Shown in pieces: positions 49,107 through 60,036 of a stretch of DNA of 64,000 nucleotides. A program made the translations under genes and the position numbers. Position 1 is the stretch's first letter. Every line of letters begins with the position of its first letter. The stretch comes from Betaproteobacteria bacterium (GTDB lineage: Bacteria; Pseudomonadota; Gammaproteobacteria; Burkholderiales; SG8-39), in contig JANNTQ010000081.1 in NCBI GenBank assembly GCA_031394435.1, positions 186 through 64,185 on the forward strand, in the 5' to 3' direction. Under the pieces are notes generated by a model. It had not been told where the DNA came from and made no database searches. It was given only the letters and a program-made list of their open reading frames with translations.

Positions 49107-50245
49107 TGCTCAGCTTCGAAGAACAGGGCAAGCTGAACGCCATCGCCGGCCTGGCGGTGCAGCCGAACAGCGCTTTCGTGCCGTCTGCCGGCGCCGCCGA
49201 GGAGCGCTTCGCCGCCGGCAACGCCTTCCGCCGCATCACGGTGGACGACAAGCGCATCATCAATTCGAAGGCCGACGTCAATCAGCTGGTGCCGTTCAAG
49301 TACAAGTGGGCCTGGGAAAAATATCTCTCCGCCTGTGCCAACCACTGGATGCCGCAGGAAATCAACATGAGTCGCGACATCGCCCTGTGGAAGGACCCGA
49401 ACGGCCTCACCGCCGACGAGCGGCGCATCGTCACGCGCAACCTGGGCTTCTTCGTCACTGCGGACTCGCTGGCGGCGAACAACATCGTGCTCGGCACCTA
49501 CCGCCACATCACGGCGCCGGAGTGCCGCCAGTACCTGCTGCGGCAGGCATTCGAGGAGGCGATCCACACCCATGCCTACCAGTACATCGTCGAGAGCCTG
49601 AACCTCGACGAAGGCGAGGTGTTCAACGCCTACAACGAGATCGCCTCGATCCGCGCCAAGGACGAGTTCCTGGTGCCGTTCATCGACACGCTCACCGACC
49701 CGGCATTCAAGACCGGCACGCCGGAGAGCGACCAGGCGCTGCTGAAGAGCTTGATCGTGTTCTCCTGCCTGATGGAGGGCCTGTTCTTCTACGTCGGTTT
49801 CGCGCAGATTCTGTCGCTCGGCCGGCAGAACAAGATGACGGGCGCGGCCGAGCAGTACATGTACATCCTGCGCGACGAGTCGATGCACTGCAATTTCGGC
49901 ATCGATCTGGTCAACCAGATCAAGCTGGAGAACCCGCACTTGTGGACGCCGCAATTCCGCGAGGAACTGCAGGGGCTGTTCCGCCAGGCCGTGGAGCTGG
50001 AATACCGCTACGCGGAGGACACCATGCCGCGCGGCGTGCTGGGCCTGAACGCGCCGATGTTCAAGGAGTACCTGCGCTTCATCGCCAACCGCCGCTGCCA
50101 GCAGATCGGCCTGGACGCGCTCTATGCGGGAGCCAGCAACCCGTTTCCGTGGATGAGCGAGATGATCGACCTGAAGAAGGAGCGCAACTTCTTCGAGACC
50201 CGCGTCATCGAGTACCAGACCGGCGGCGCGCTGAGCTGGGAATGA
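49106..50245 (+). CDS. nrdB: Class Ia ribonucleotide reductase beta subunit
   Basis: 379 aa; ..[12 protein letters not shown].., ..DESMHCNFG..; the start overlaps the nrdA stop (TAATG). Confidence 0.95.
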
Positions 50246-50255
50246 AAGGGACCCC

Positions 50256-50504
50256 ATGCACCGAGTAACCGCCTGCAAGGTAGAAGAAGACTACAAGCTT
50301 TGGTTAAGATTCGACGACGGGCTGGAGGGCAGCGTGTTCCTCGGCAACCTGCTCGAGATCGGCGCGTTCAAGCTATGGCGCGACGTGCGCGAGTTCGAAA
50401 AGGTGAGCGTCGATCCCGAGACCGCCACCGTGACCTGGGAAGGCGGCATCCGGCTCGACCCGGATATCCTGTACCAGGACCTGGCGGCGCGGGGCGTGCG
50501 CTGA
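50256..50504 (+). CDS. DUF2442 domain-containing protein
   Basis: 82 aa, ..YKLWLRFDDGLEGSV..; no DUF4160-type partner next to it. Confidence 0.65.
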   Translation: MHRVTACKVEEDYKLWLRFDDGLEGSVFLGNLLEIGAFKLWRDVREFEKVSVDPETATVTWEGGIRLDPDILYQDLAARGVR

Positions 50505-50566
50505 TGGGTCGTTGCAGAGAATTCAGTCCGCCGCCGGGGAGCGATTCCCGGCAGCGGTTGAATAGT

Positions 50567-50594
50567 CCGGCCAGGGATGGCCGGGCTTCTTTTG
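50567..50594 (+). terminator. Rho-independent terminator after nrdAB-DUF2442
   Basis: CCGGCC-AGGGAT-GGCCGG followed by GCTTCTTTTG. Confidence 0.6.
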
Positions 50595-50619
50595 TCCAAC
50601 TACCAGTAAGGAGCTAGTC

Positions 50620-50901
50620 ATGGCAAAGAAAAAAGCGAAAAAAGGCGGAAAGAAAAAGAAGAAGAAGAAATCATCAAAGAAAAAGAAGAAAGCAGTAAAG
50701 AAGTCGTCCAAGAAGAAGGCAGCGGGCCGTAAGCAAAAAGCCGCCAAGAAAAAGGCAAAGCCCGTTAAACCTGTGGCCAGCACTGCGGGAGCAATGACGA
50801 CGGCTCGAGCTGTACCGCCGTCTACCGCCGCGATTCCAGCCGCGAGAAGCGCGCTGAATCCGGCGGCCGCATGGCCGTTTCCAACCGGATCCCGGCCGTA
50901 A
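50620..50901 (+). CDS. Lysine-rich histone H1-like protein
   Basis: 93 aa; AAGGAG lies 6 nt upstream. About half of the first 50 residues are Lys (MAKKKAKKGGKKKKKKKSSKKKKKAVKK..). The C-terminus ..LNPAAAWPFPTGSRP resembles, from memory, the tail of betaproteobacterial H1-like proteins. Confidence 0.6.
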   Translation: MAKKKAKKGGKKKKKKKSSKKKKKAVKKSSKKKAAGRKQKAAKKKAKPVKPVASTAGAMTTARAVPPSTAAIPAARSALNPAAAWPFPTGSRP

Positions 50902-50921
50902 CCGGGGTTTGCGCGGGAATG

Positions 50922-50947
50922 TGGCGGGGGGCGCTAGCCCCCCGCCA
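50922..50947. other. Perfect 11-bp GC hairpin without a U-tract
   Basis: TGGCGGGGGGC-GCTA-GCCCCCCGCCA, 20 nt after the lysine-rich ORF stop. Confidence 0.5.
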
Positions 50948-51165
50948 GGCCCTCGAAGCACTGCGGACCGCCTCCGTCAATGGGGCGTTACTCAAAGGCT
51001 GAGGCTGGTCCGCGCGCTTCACTTGATCCCGGCCGCAGTTCGGCCAGGGTCAGCTTCAAGTCCGCATTTTACCGGCCTGGTCAGTCCGTGATTGCGGTGG
51101 TTCACGGGGCGAGGTCAGCGGATATTGCGCTGCAATATAATAGTCATAGGAAGTGTCAGAACACG

Positions 51166-51195
51166 TTGACATAATTGTGGAATTTGACCTATGAT
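51166..51195 (+). promoter_or_regulatory. sigma70-like promoter in an AT-rich patch
   Basis: TTGACA-N18-TATGAT. It would give a ~145-nt leader to the ATG at 51347. Confidence 0.4.
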
Positions 51196-51346
51196 GCAGA
51201 CCGTTGCAACGCAGCAAAACCTGCGACAGGCGCGCTCCGACTCCAGGCAGCCCGTGGTTCCTCGAACCGTCCCCGGCTTGCTTGCGTCCACCCGGCGGAG
51301 CCGCGACGGCGGCGGGCGGCGGGCGCCCAGTGCAAGGGGGACCATC

Positions 51347-52015
51347 ATGCAAGGAATCGAGAATTTGAACCGGCTGTTTTCGATCGCGCGCGGCACGCTG
51401 GCCCTGCTCGGGCTGGCTGGCGTACTGGCGGTCGCGCTGCCGGCGCCGCGCGACGCGCTGTTCAGGCAGGCGGCAGCGTTACTGGTCACCGCCGAGGCCG
51501 CTGCCGGCGCGGTGTCCGCCGCGGGCCCGATCCAGGTCGTCGAGGTCGAGTCGTCCCAGGAGCGCGAGCAGCGCGCGGTGACGGAATTCATCGCGCGGCG
51601 CTACCGGGTGTCCGAAGAGGCGACCGCGGGTTTCGTCGCCAGCGCCTACCGCGCGGGGCGCGAGTATTCAGTTGACCCGCTGCTGATCCTGGCGGTGATG
51701 GCGATCGAGTCGCGATACAACCCGGTGGCCGAAAGCTCGATGGGCGCCAAGGGCCTGATGCAGATCATGCCGCGCTATCACTTGGAAAAGCTGGTGGAGC
51801 ACGGCGGCGTGCAGGCGCTGCTTGAGCCCGAGGTCAACATCCAGGTCGGTGCCCGCATCCTGCGCGAGTATCTGCGCCGCTTCGGCGAGACCGAGACCGC
51901 GCTGCAGATGTACGCCGGCGCGTTCGACGAGCCCACCTCGCAGTATTCCGGCAAGGTATTGGCCGAAAAGTCCCGCCTGCTGCAGGTGCTGGCGCGGGCT
52001 CGCCGCCAGGCCTGA
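51347..52015 (+). CDS. SLT-domain lytic transglycosylase (membrane-anchored)
   Basis: 222 aa from MQGIENLNRLFSIARGTLALLGLAGVLAV.. (AGGGGG upstream); ..ILAVMAIESRYNPVAESSMGAKGLMQIMP... An in-frame alternative start exists at 51191. Confidence 0.8.
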   Translation: MQGIENLNRLFSIARGTLALLGLAGVLAVALPAPRDALFRQAAALLVTAEAAAGAVSAAGPIQVVEVESSQEREQRAVTEFIARRYRVSEEATAGFVASAYRAGREYSVDPLLILAVMAIESRYNPVAESSMGAKGLMQIMPRYHLEKLVEHGGVQALLEPEVNIQVGARILREYLRRFGETETALQMYAGAFDEPTSQYSGKVLAEKSRLLQVLARARRQA

Positions 52016-52027
52016 GAGCCTGTTAGA

Positions 52028-52492
52028 GTGGGCCTCCGCCCGGAGGCCCGCGTAAAATTCCTTTCCGCCGCGTCCCGTCCGCGCGCCCTGTTGGGTGCGC
52101 TGCTGCTGGCCTTGGCCTGCGCCGCGCCGGCGCAGCTGCTGGACGGCGACGAGGTGAGCGCGATGCGCCGCGTAATCGACGCGCAGTTGGCAGCCTTCGC
52201 GCGCGACGACCATGAAGGCGCGTTTTCGCTGGCCTCGCCCGGGATCCGCGAGCGCTTTGTCACCGCCGATATCTTCGTGCGCATGGTGCGCGAGCAATAT
52301 GCGGTGGTCTATCGCTCCGCCTCGCGCACTTTCCTCAAGCCGGTGGTGGAGGAGGGCACGGTGATCTTCCCGGTGCAGCTGAGCGATCGTGCCGGGCAAG
52401 TTTGGCTGGCGCTCTACACCATGCAGCGCGTGGGCAGCGATTGGCGCGTCGCCGGCTGCCAGCTGGTGCCGGGAGCCGCAGTCTCGACCTAA
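52028..52492 (+). CDS. DUF4864 domain-containing protein
   Basis: 154 aa with a signal peptide; ..IDAQLAAFARDDHEGAFSLASPGIRERF... Confidence 0.65.
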   Translation: MGLRPEARVKFLSAASRPRALLGALLLALACAAPAQLLDGDEVSAMRRVIDAQLAAFARDDHEGAFSLASPGIRERFVTADIFVRMVREQYAVVYRSASRTFLKPVVEEGTVIFPVQLSDRAGQVWLALYTMQRVGSDWRVAGCQLVPGAAVST

Positions 52493-52530
52493 CGGCGGGC
52501 GGCGCAGTCGCCGGCGATGCGCCGCCGGGT

Positions 52531-52539
52531 TGCTATAAT
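52531..52539 (+). promoter_or_regulatory. Extended -10 promoter element (TGcTATAAT) upstream of maeB
   Basis: TGCTATAAT lies 27 nt before the GTG start; GAGGAGG Shine-Dalgarno at 52554-52560. Confidence 0.45.
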
Positions 52540-52565
52540 TTTTCCCCGCAGTCGAGGAGGCGGTA

Positions 52566-54863
<2,298 letters not shown>

Positions 54864-54875
54864 GCGGCAGGCGCC

Positions 54876-56053
54876 ATGGCAAGCGAAGCCACCGCCGGCA
54901 ATCCGGCGCAATCTCCTGCCCGCCGCGCCAAGCCGCGTGCCGGCCTGGTGCTGACCGGGGGCGGTGCGCGCGCCGCCTACCAGGTAGGCGTGGTGAAGGC
55001 GGTGCGCGACATCCTCGGCAATCCGGTGAACAACCCGTTCCCGATCCTGTGCGGAACCTCGGCGGGCGCGATCAACGCGGCCACGCTGGCGGTGTTCGCT
55101 GACGACTTTACGCGAGCGGTGGGCAAGCTGCTCGAGGTGTGGAGAACATGCACTGCTCACAGGTGTATCGCACCGACTTGCCGAGCATCTTGAAGAGCGG
55201 CGCGCGCTGGCTCGCCGCGCTGATGCTGATCTCGCGTGACAGCCCGGTATCGCTGCTCGACAACAGCCCGCTGAGGGAGATGCTCGAGAAGACCATGCCG
55301 TTCGAGAGAATCCAGCAGCACATCGATTCCGGCGCGCTGTACGCGGTCAGCGTCACGGCTTCCGGCTACACCACAGGCCAGAGCGTGTCGTTCTTCCAGG
55401 GCGGCTCCGGGCTGGAGGGCTGGGAGCGCAATCAGCGCATCGGCGCGGCGGTGATGCTGAAGATCGAGTACCTGCTCGCTTCCGCCGCGCTGCCGTTCAT
55501 CTTCCCGGCAGTCAAGGTGCACCGCGAGTATTTCGGCGACGGCTCGATGCGCCAGATTGCGCCGGTGAGCCCGGCGCTGCACTTGGGCGCCGACCGCGTG
55601 CTGATTGTCGGCACCGGCCGCCAGACGCTGGAGCAGGCGCGCGCGCGCTCGAATATCTACCCGTCGCTGGCGCAGGTCGCCGGCCACGCGCTCAACTCGA
55701 TCTTCCTCGACAGCCTGGCGGTGGACATCGAGCGGCTGGAGCGCATCAACCGCACCGTGCAATTGATACCGCGCGACAAGCTGGAGGATTCAAACGTCAT
55801 GCTGCGCCCGGTGAAGGTGCTGTTCATCACGCCCTCGCAGCCGCTCGAGCGCATCGCCTCGCGTTTCATCCACGAGCTGCCGCGCAGCGTGCGCTTCATT
55901 CTGCGCCCGACCGGGGCGCTGTCGCGCTCGGGCTCGAACCTGGCGAGCTACCTGCTGTTCGAGGAACCGTTTTGCCGCGCGCTCATCGATCTGGGGTACC
56001 AGGACACCATCGGCCGCGAGGCCGAGGTGAAGGAATTCTTCTCCGCAACTTGA
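54876..56053 (+). pseudogene. Patatin-like phospholipase (RssA/YjjU-like), split by a -1 frameshift near 55140-55145
   Basis: ORF 54876-55193 carries GLVLTGGGARAAYQVG and GTSAGAIN (nucleophile elbow). ORF 55139-56053 continues with ..QVYRTDL.. and ..YFGDGSMRQ (DG dyad). The frames join if 1 nt is restored after TGG 55140-55142. Confidence 0.8.
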
Positions 56054-56061
56054 GGCTCCCG

Positions 56062-56451
56062 ATGCCAGAACAGAACCCGCCGCAGGACCCGTTCGAGATC
56101 TTCCGCCGCCTGTGGGGCCCGCTGGGGCTGCCGGTGCCGGGCATGGCGATGCCGACCATGGATCCGAAGGAAGTCGAGAAGCGCGTTGCGGACCTGAAAT
56201 CCATCGAAGCCTGGCTGTCGATGAACCTCAACATGGTGCGGTTCGCCATCCAGGGTCTGGAAATGCAGCGCGCGGCCCTGGTGGCGATGCACAGTGGCGG
56301 CGCCGAGGCCGCGCTCGCCGGGATGAGCGCCGCGGGCGCCAGTACCGCCGCCAGCACCATGCTATGGCCGTGGGCGGTGATGCAGCAGGCGATGTCCGAA
56401 AACGCGCCGGCCGCCGCCGAACCGGGCGCGCCGAAGGCACCGAAGGAATAA
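56062..56451 (+). CDS. PhaM-like PHA granule-associated regulatory protein
   Basis: 129 aa; ..DPKEVEKRVADLKSIEAWLSMNLNMVRFAIQGLEMQRAALVAM.. matches, from memory, the conserved PhaM-family core. Confidence 0.5.
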   Translation: MPEQNPPQDPFEIFRRLWGPLGLPVPGMAMPTMDPKEVEKRVADLKSIEAWLSMNLNMVRFAIQGLEMQRAALVAMHSGGAEAALAGMSAAGASTAASTMLWPWAVMQQAMSENAPAAAEPGAPKAPKE

Positions 56452-56478
56452 CCGCAACTCAACCAGGAGCAGACTGAA

Positions 56479-57450
56479 ATGACCAAGGCAGTGAGATTCC
56501 ACAAGACCGGCGGACCCGAAGTCCTGCAATTCGAGGACGTGCAAGTGGGCGAGCCGGGGCAGGGCCAGGCGCGCATGCGCCACACGGCGATCGGCGTCAA
56601 CTTCGTCGACACCTACCAGCGCTCGGGCCTGTACCCCATGCCGCTGCCCGCCACCGCGGGCAATGAGGGCGCCGGCGTGGTCGAAGCCGTTGGCCCGGGG
56701 GTCACGCTGGTGAAGGCCGGCGACCGCGTGGCTTACACCGGCCAGGTCGGGTCCTATTGCGGGCAGCGCCTGTTGCAGGCGGACAGGCTGGTGAAGATTC
56801 CCGAGGGCGTCAGCGACGAGCAGGCCGCCTCGATGATGCTCAAGGGCATGACGGTGCACTACCTGATCCACCGCACCTACGCGGTGAAAGCGGGAGACAC
56901 GGTGCTATGGCATGCCGCCGCGGGCGGCGTGGGCCTCATTGCCTGCCAGTGGCTCAAGGCGCTCGGCGCCACCGTCATCGGCACCGTGGGCTCGGAAGAA
57001 AAGGCGAAGCTCGCCAAGGCGCACGGCGCCGACCACGTCATCAACTACAGCACGGAGAACTTCGTCGAGCGCGTAAAGGCGATCACCGGCGGCAAGGGCG
57101 TGCCGGTGGTGTACGACTCGGTGGGCAAGACGACCTGGGAAGGGTCGCTGGATTGCCTGCGCCCGCTGGGCATGTGGGTGAGCTTCGGCAACGCCTCCGG
57201 GCCGGTGCCGCCGCTCAATACCGGCATTCTGGCGCCGAAGGGCTCTCTGTTCCTGACGCGCCCCACGCTGGCGACCTATACGGCGTCGCGTGCGGACCTG
57301 GAGATGACCTCGAAATCGCTGTTCGACATCGTAAGGTCGGGCAAGGTGAAAATCGGGATTACCGCGCGCTACAAGCTCGCCGACGCGGCGCAATGCCACC
57401 GCGACCTGGAAGGGCGCAAGACCACCGGTTCGGTGATCCTGCTGCCGTAG
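56479..57450 (+). CDS. qor: NADPH:quinone oxidoreductase (zeta-crystallin/MDR family)
   Basis: 323 aa; ..GVNFVDTYQRSGLYP..AGNEGAGVV..AAAGGVGL... Confidence 0.9.
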   Translation: MTKAVRFHKTGGPEVLQFEDVQVGEPGQGQARMRHTAIGVNFVDTYQRSGLYPMPLPATAGNEGAGVVEAVGPGVTLVKAGDRVAYTGQVGSYCGQRLLQADRLVKIPEGVSDEQAASMMLKGMTVHYLIHRTYAVKAGDTVLWHAAAGGVGLIACQWLKALGATVIGTVGSEEKAKLAKAHGADHVINYSTENFVERVKAITGGKGVPVVYDSVGKTTWEGSLDCLRPLGMWVSFGNASGPVPPLNTGILAPKGSLFLTRPTLATYTASRADLEMTSKSLFDIVRSGKVKIGITARYKLADAAQCHRDLEGRKTTGSVILLP

Positions 57451-57475
57451 GGCGGGCTCCGGCCCCGCAGACGAG

Positions 57476-57499
57476 AACGCCGCCCGCGGGCGGCGTTTT
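57476..57499 (+). terminator. Rho-independent terminator after qor (shared with the convergent small gene)
   Basis: AACGCCGCCC-GC-GGGCGGCGTT followed by TTC. Confidence 0.6.
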
Positions 57500-57520
57500 C
57501 GTCCCGTGGCGGCCTGGTGG

Positions 57521-57760
57521 CTACTTGAGGCCGAGGATTCCCTTCGCCTTTTTCAGGGACGACTCGGAATCGCTGTGCTTGCCCGCCTTGTGCAAGTCCT
57601 CGCCGTCGGCGCGGAGCTTCTTCACCTCCGACATTTGCGCGGCGCTCAGCTTGGCCGCAGGCAAGGCGGCGTCGATCTCCTTCCACAGCTTCGGGCAGGT
57701 GCCGGCCATTGCCGCCGAGCTGAGCAGGGCCAGGGCGGTAAGCAGGATGATTCTCTTCAT
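57521..57760 (-). CDS. Small secreted hypothetical protein (79 aa)
   Basis: GGAGGA Shine-Dalgarno; signal peptide MKRIILLTALALLSSAAMA; Lys/Ser-rich mature part. Confidence 0.6.
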   Translation of the reverse strand: MKRIILLTALALLSSAAMAGTCPKLWKEIDAALPAAKLSAAQMSEVKKLRADGEDLHKAGKHSDSESSLKKAKGILGLK

Positions 57761-57851
57761 GGGTTTCCTCCGTGATCGGGTGGGTAGGTTGCCGGAGAAG
57801 CTTATCATCCCGGCTGCAACGCTAACAGCCGGCAATGGGACAACATTCCAC

Positions 57852-58493
57852 ATGCGCGCGACGCTGATCCACGACAGGCCGGTCGAGCTGGACGCCGTCT
57901 GGCTGCGGCGGCACTTCGCCGCCGCCGGCACGCCCGGCGAGACCCTGTACGGCGACCAGGGCACCGAGGCCGGGCGCGCCGCCGGGCGCCGGCCGGCCTC
58001 GGTGCTGGTGCCGATCATCCAGCGCCCCGAGGAGTTGCGCGTGCTGTTCACGCGTCGCACCGCGCACCTGAAGGACCACTCCGGCCAGATCAGCTTCCCG
58101 GGCGGGCGCGCCGAAGCGCACGACCCTTCGCCAGAGGCCACTGCGCTGCGCGAGGCCGAGGAGGAGATCGGCCTCGACCCGCGGCGGGTGGAAGTACTTG
58201 GCAAGCTTTCCGATTACCACACGCGCACCGATTTCCGCGTCACGCCGGTGGTGGGCCTGGTGGCGGCGCCTTTCGAGCTGCGCCTGGACGCGCACGAAGT
58301 GGACGAAGTGTTCGAGGTGCCGCTGTCGTTCCTGCTCGACCCGGCCAACCACCAGCGTCACGCGCGCGAATTCCAGGGCCGAAACGTGCACTACTTCGCG
58401 ATTGTGTGGCGCGAGTACAACATCTGGGGGGCGACGGCCGGCATGCTGGTGAATCTTTACCGCTTCCTCGCGCAGCCGCGGGGCGGCGCATGA
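57852..58493 (+). CDS. CoA pyrophosphatase (Nudix hydrolase, NudL-like)
   Basis: ..VLFTRRTAHLKDHSGQISFPGG.. plus the Nudix box GGRAEAHDPSPEATALREAEEEIGL. Confidence 0.85.
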   Translation: MRATLIHDRPVELDAVWLRRHFAAAGTPGETLYGDQGTEAGRAAGRRPASVLVPIIQRPEELRVLFTRRTAHLKDHSGQISFPGGRAEAHDPSPEATALREAEEEIGLDPRRVEVLGKLSDYHTRTDFRVTPVVGLVAAPFELRLDAHEVDEVFEVPLSFLLDPANHQRHAREFQGRNVHYFAIVWREYNIWGATAGMLVNLYRFLAQPRGGA

Positions 58494-59395
58494 GCGTGTT
58501 CGCCATCGTCGCGGCGCTGATCCTGGAGCAGTGGCGCCCGCTGGGCGAGCGCAAGGCCTACAGCGCGCTGCTGGCGCACTGGGGCCAGTGGCTCGAGCGC
58601 TCGTTCAACGCAGGCGAAGCGCGCCACGGCACCACCGCCTGGCTGGTGGCGGTGCTGCCGGTGCTGGCGGTGTCGATGGTCGCGTATTACCTCCTGCTCT
58701 GGGCGAGCCCGCTGCTGGCGCTGCTGTTCAATGTCGGCGTGCTCTACCTGACGCTGGGATTTCGCCAGTTCAGCCATTACTTCACCGACCTGCAGCTCGC
58801 GATCCGCGCCGGCGAAGTGGACCGGGCGCGTGAGCTGCTCGGCGCCTGGCGCGGCGAGCCGGCGCAGCATCGCAGCCGCGAGGAAGTGATCCGCCTCGCC
58901 ATCGAGGAGGCGCTGGTGGCATCGCACCGTCACGTGTTCGGCGTGCTGTTCTGGTTCCTGCTGCTGCCCGGCCCGAGCGGCGCCATCCTGTATCGCCTCG
59001 CGCTGCACCTGCGCCGGCGCTGGCATGGGCTGGGCGCTTTCGGCGCCTTCGCCGCGCGCACGGTGCGCGTGCTGGAATGGCCCGCCGTGCGGCTCACCGC
59101 CGCGTCCTTCGCGGTGGTGGGCGATTTCGAGGACGCCGTCTACTGCTGGCGCACGCAGGCGCGTAGCTGGAGCGATCCGGACACCGGCGTGGTTCTGGCC
59201 GCCGGCGCCGGCGCGATGGGCGTGCGCCTGGGCATGCCGCTCACCGCGATCGACGGCGTCGAGGTGCGCCCGGAGCTGGGCTTGGGCGAGAGCGCCGACA
59301 GCCCATTCCTCGACAGCGCAGTGGGGCTGGTGTGGCGTGCGCTGGTAGTGTGGGTGTTCGCGCTGGTGACGCTGGGCCTGGCGCGCGCGCTCTAG
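58490..59395 (+). CDS. CobD/CbiB (AmpE-like) family membrane protein
   Basis: 301 aa, multi-TM; the start overlaps the Nudix stop (ATGA). Confidence 0.7.
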   Translation: MSVFAIVAALILEQWRPLGERKAYSALLAHWGQWLERSFNAGEARHGTTAWLVAVLPVLAVSMVAYYLLLWASPLLALLFNVGVLYLTLGFRQFSHYFTDLQLAIRAGEVDRARELLGAWRGEPAQHRSREEVIRLAIEEALVASHRHVFGVLFWFLLLPGPSGAILYRLALHLRRRWHGLGAFGAFAARTVRVLEWPAVRLTAASFAVVGDFEDAVYCWRTQARSWSDPDTGVVLAAGAGAMGVRLGMPLTAIDGVEVRPELGLGESADSPFLDSAVGLVWRALVVWVFALVTLGLARAL

Positions 59396-59685
59396 TGGCC
59401 GCAGCGCCAGCATTGCGTGAACTGCGGCTCGAGCTGTTCGCCGCAGGCGGAGCAGGTCCAGGGTGCGCCCGACACCTGCACTCCCTCGCGCAGCAGGCGC
59501 TCGGCGCGCGGCGCATCGCCCGCTTCCATCACCCAGACTTCCGCCTGGCACTCCGCCGGCGGCAGCTCGCCCATGGCGGAGGCCAGCCGCTCGTTTCTTA
59601 CCACGGCGCGGATGCCTTCCGACTCGAGCAGGTTCCGCGCGTGATGCACCGCGACCAGGTCGAAGGAGCTGAACACGCGGGGCAC
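59392..59685 (-). CDS. DUF2007-domain protein with a C-terminal CxxC..CxxC zinc ribbon
   Basis: ..VHHARNLLESEGIRAVVRNE.. and ..WTCSACGEQLEPQFTQCWRCGH. The GTG start is uncertain (59685 or 59676). Its stop shares CTAG with the convergent gene's stop. Confidence 0.6.
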   Translation of the reverse strand: MPRVFSSFDLVAVHHARNLLESEGIRAVVRNERLASAMGELPPAECQAEVWVMEAGDAPRAERLLREGVQVSGAPWTCSACGEQLEPQFTQCWRCGH

Positions 59686-59698
59686 GCGGGGGTGCGCG

Positions 59699-60028
59699 TT
59701 AAAGGTCAAACAGCGCGTCGCACTTGGCGGCGCAGATGAAATCGTTCTCCGACAGCCCGCCCACCGCGTGCGTCCAGTAGGTGACACGGCACTGGTTGTA
59801 GCCGACAGCGAGGTCGGGGTGGTGATCCTCGCGGTGAGAGATCCAGGCCAGCGCGTTTACGAACGCCATGGTGTGGTGGTAGTTGGCGAAGGGGTAGACC
59901 TTGACCAGCTTGCCGTCCTCCAGCAGCCAGCCCTTCAGTTGTCGCAGCGTGTCGCGCGCCTGTTGCGCGCTGTAGGGGGGCACGCCGCCCTCGCAGGGCT
60001 TGCACTTTTTCTTCGACAGCGTTTCCAT
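59699..60028 (-). CDS. phhB: 4a-hydroxytetrahydrobiopterin dehydratase
   Basis: 109 aa from METLSKKKCKPCEGG..; ..HREDHHPDL.. motif; AGGAGG upstream. Confidence 0.88.
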   Translation of the reverse strand: METLSKKKCKPCEGGVPPYSAQQARDTLRQLKGWLLEDGKLVKVYPFANYHHTMAFVNALAWISHREDHHPDLAVGYNQCRVTYWTHAVGGLSENDFICAAKCDALFDL

Positions 60029-60036
60029 CGCGCCTC

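Noticed and set aside
50523-50783. 86-aa minus-strand ORF rich in Phe (FFFFF..).
   Set aside because: It is the antisense reading of the poly-Lys AAG/AAA tract. It has no Shine-Dalgarno, and the plus-strand gene has a strong one.
52487-52540. ACCTAAC ... GTTGCTA flanking a 9-bp GC stem looked superficially like a short attC.
   Set aside because: The right-hand motif does not fit GTTRRRY and the element is only ~50 bp. The stem is better explained as a terminator-like hairpin after the DUF4864 gene, followed by the maeB TGcTATAAT promoter.
59392-59395. Convergent genes (CobD-like and DUF2007) whose stop codons share the tetranucleotide CTAG.
   Set aside because: It is real but trivial: compact gene packing with no functional implication that I can support.
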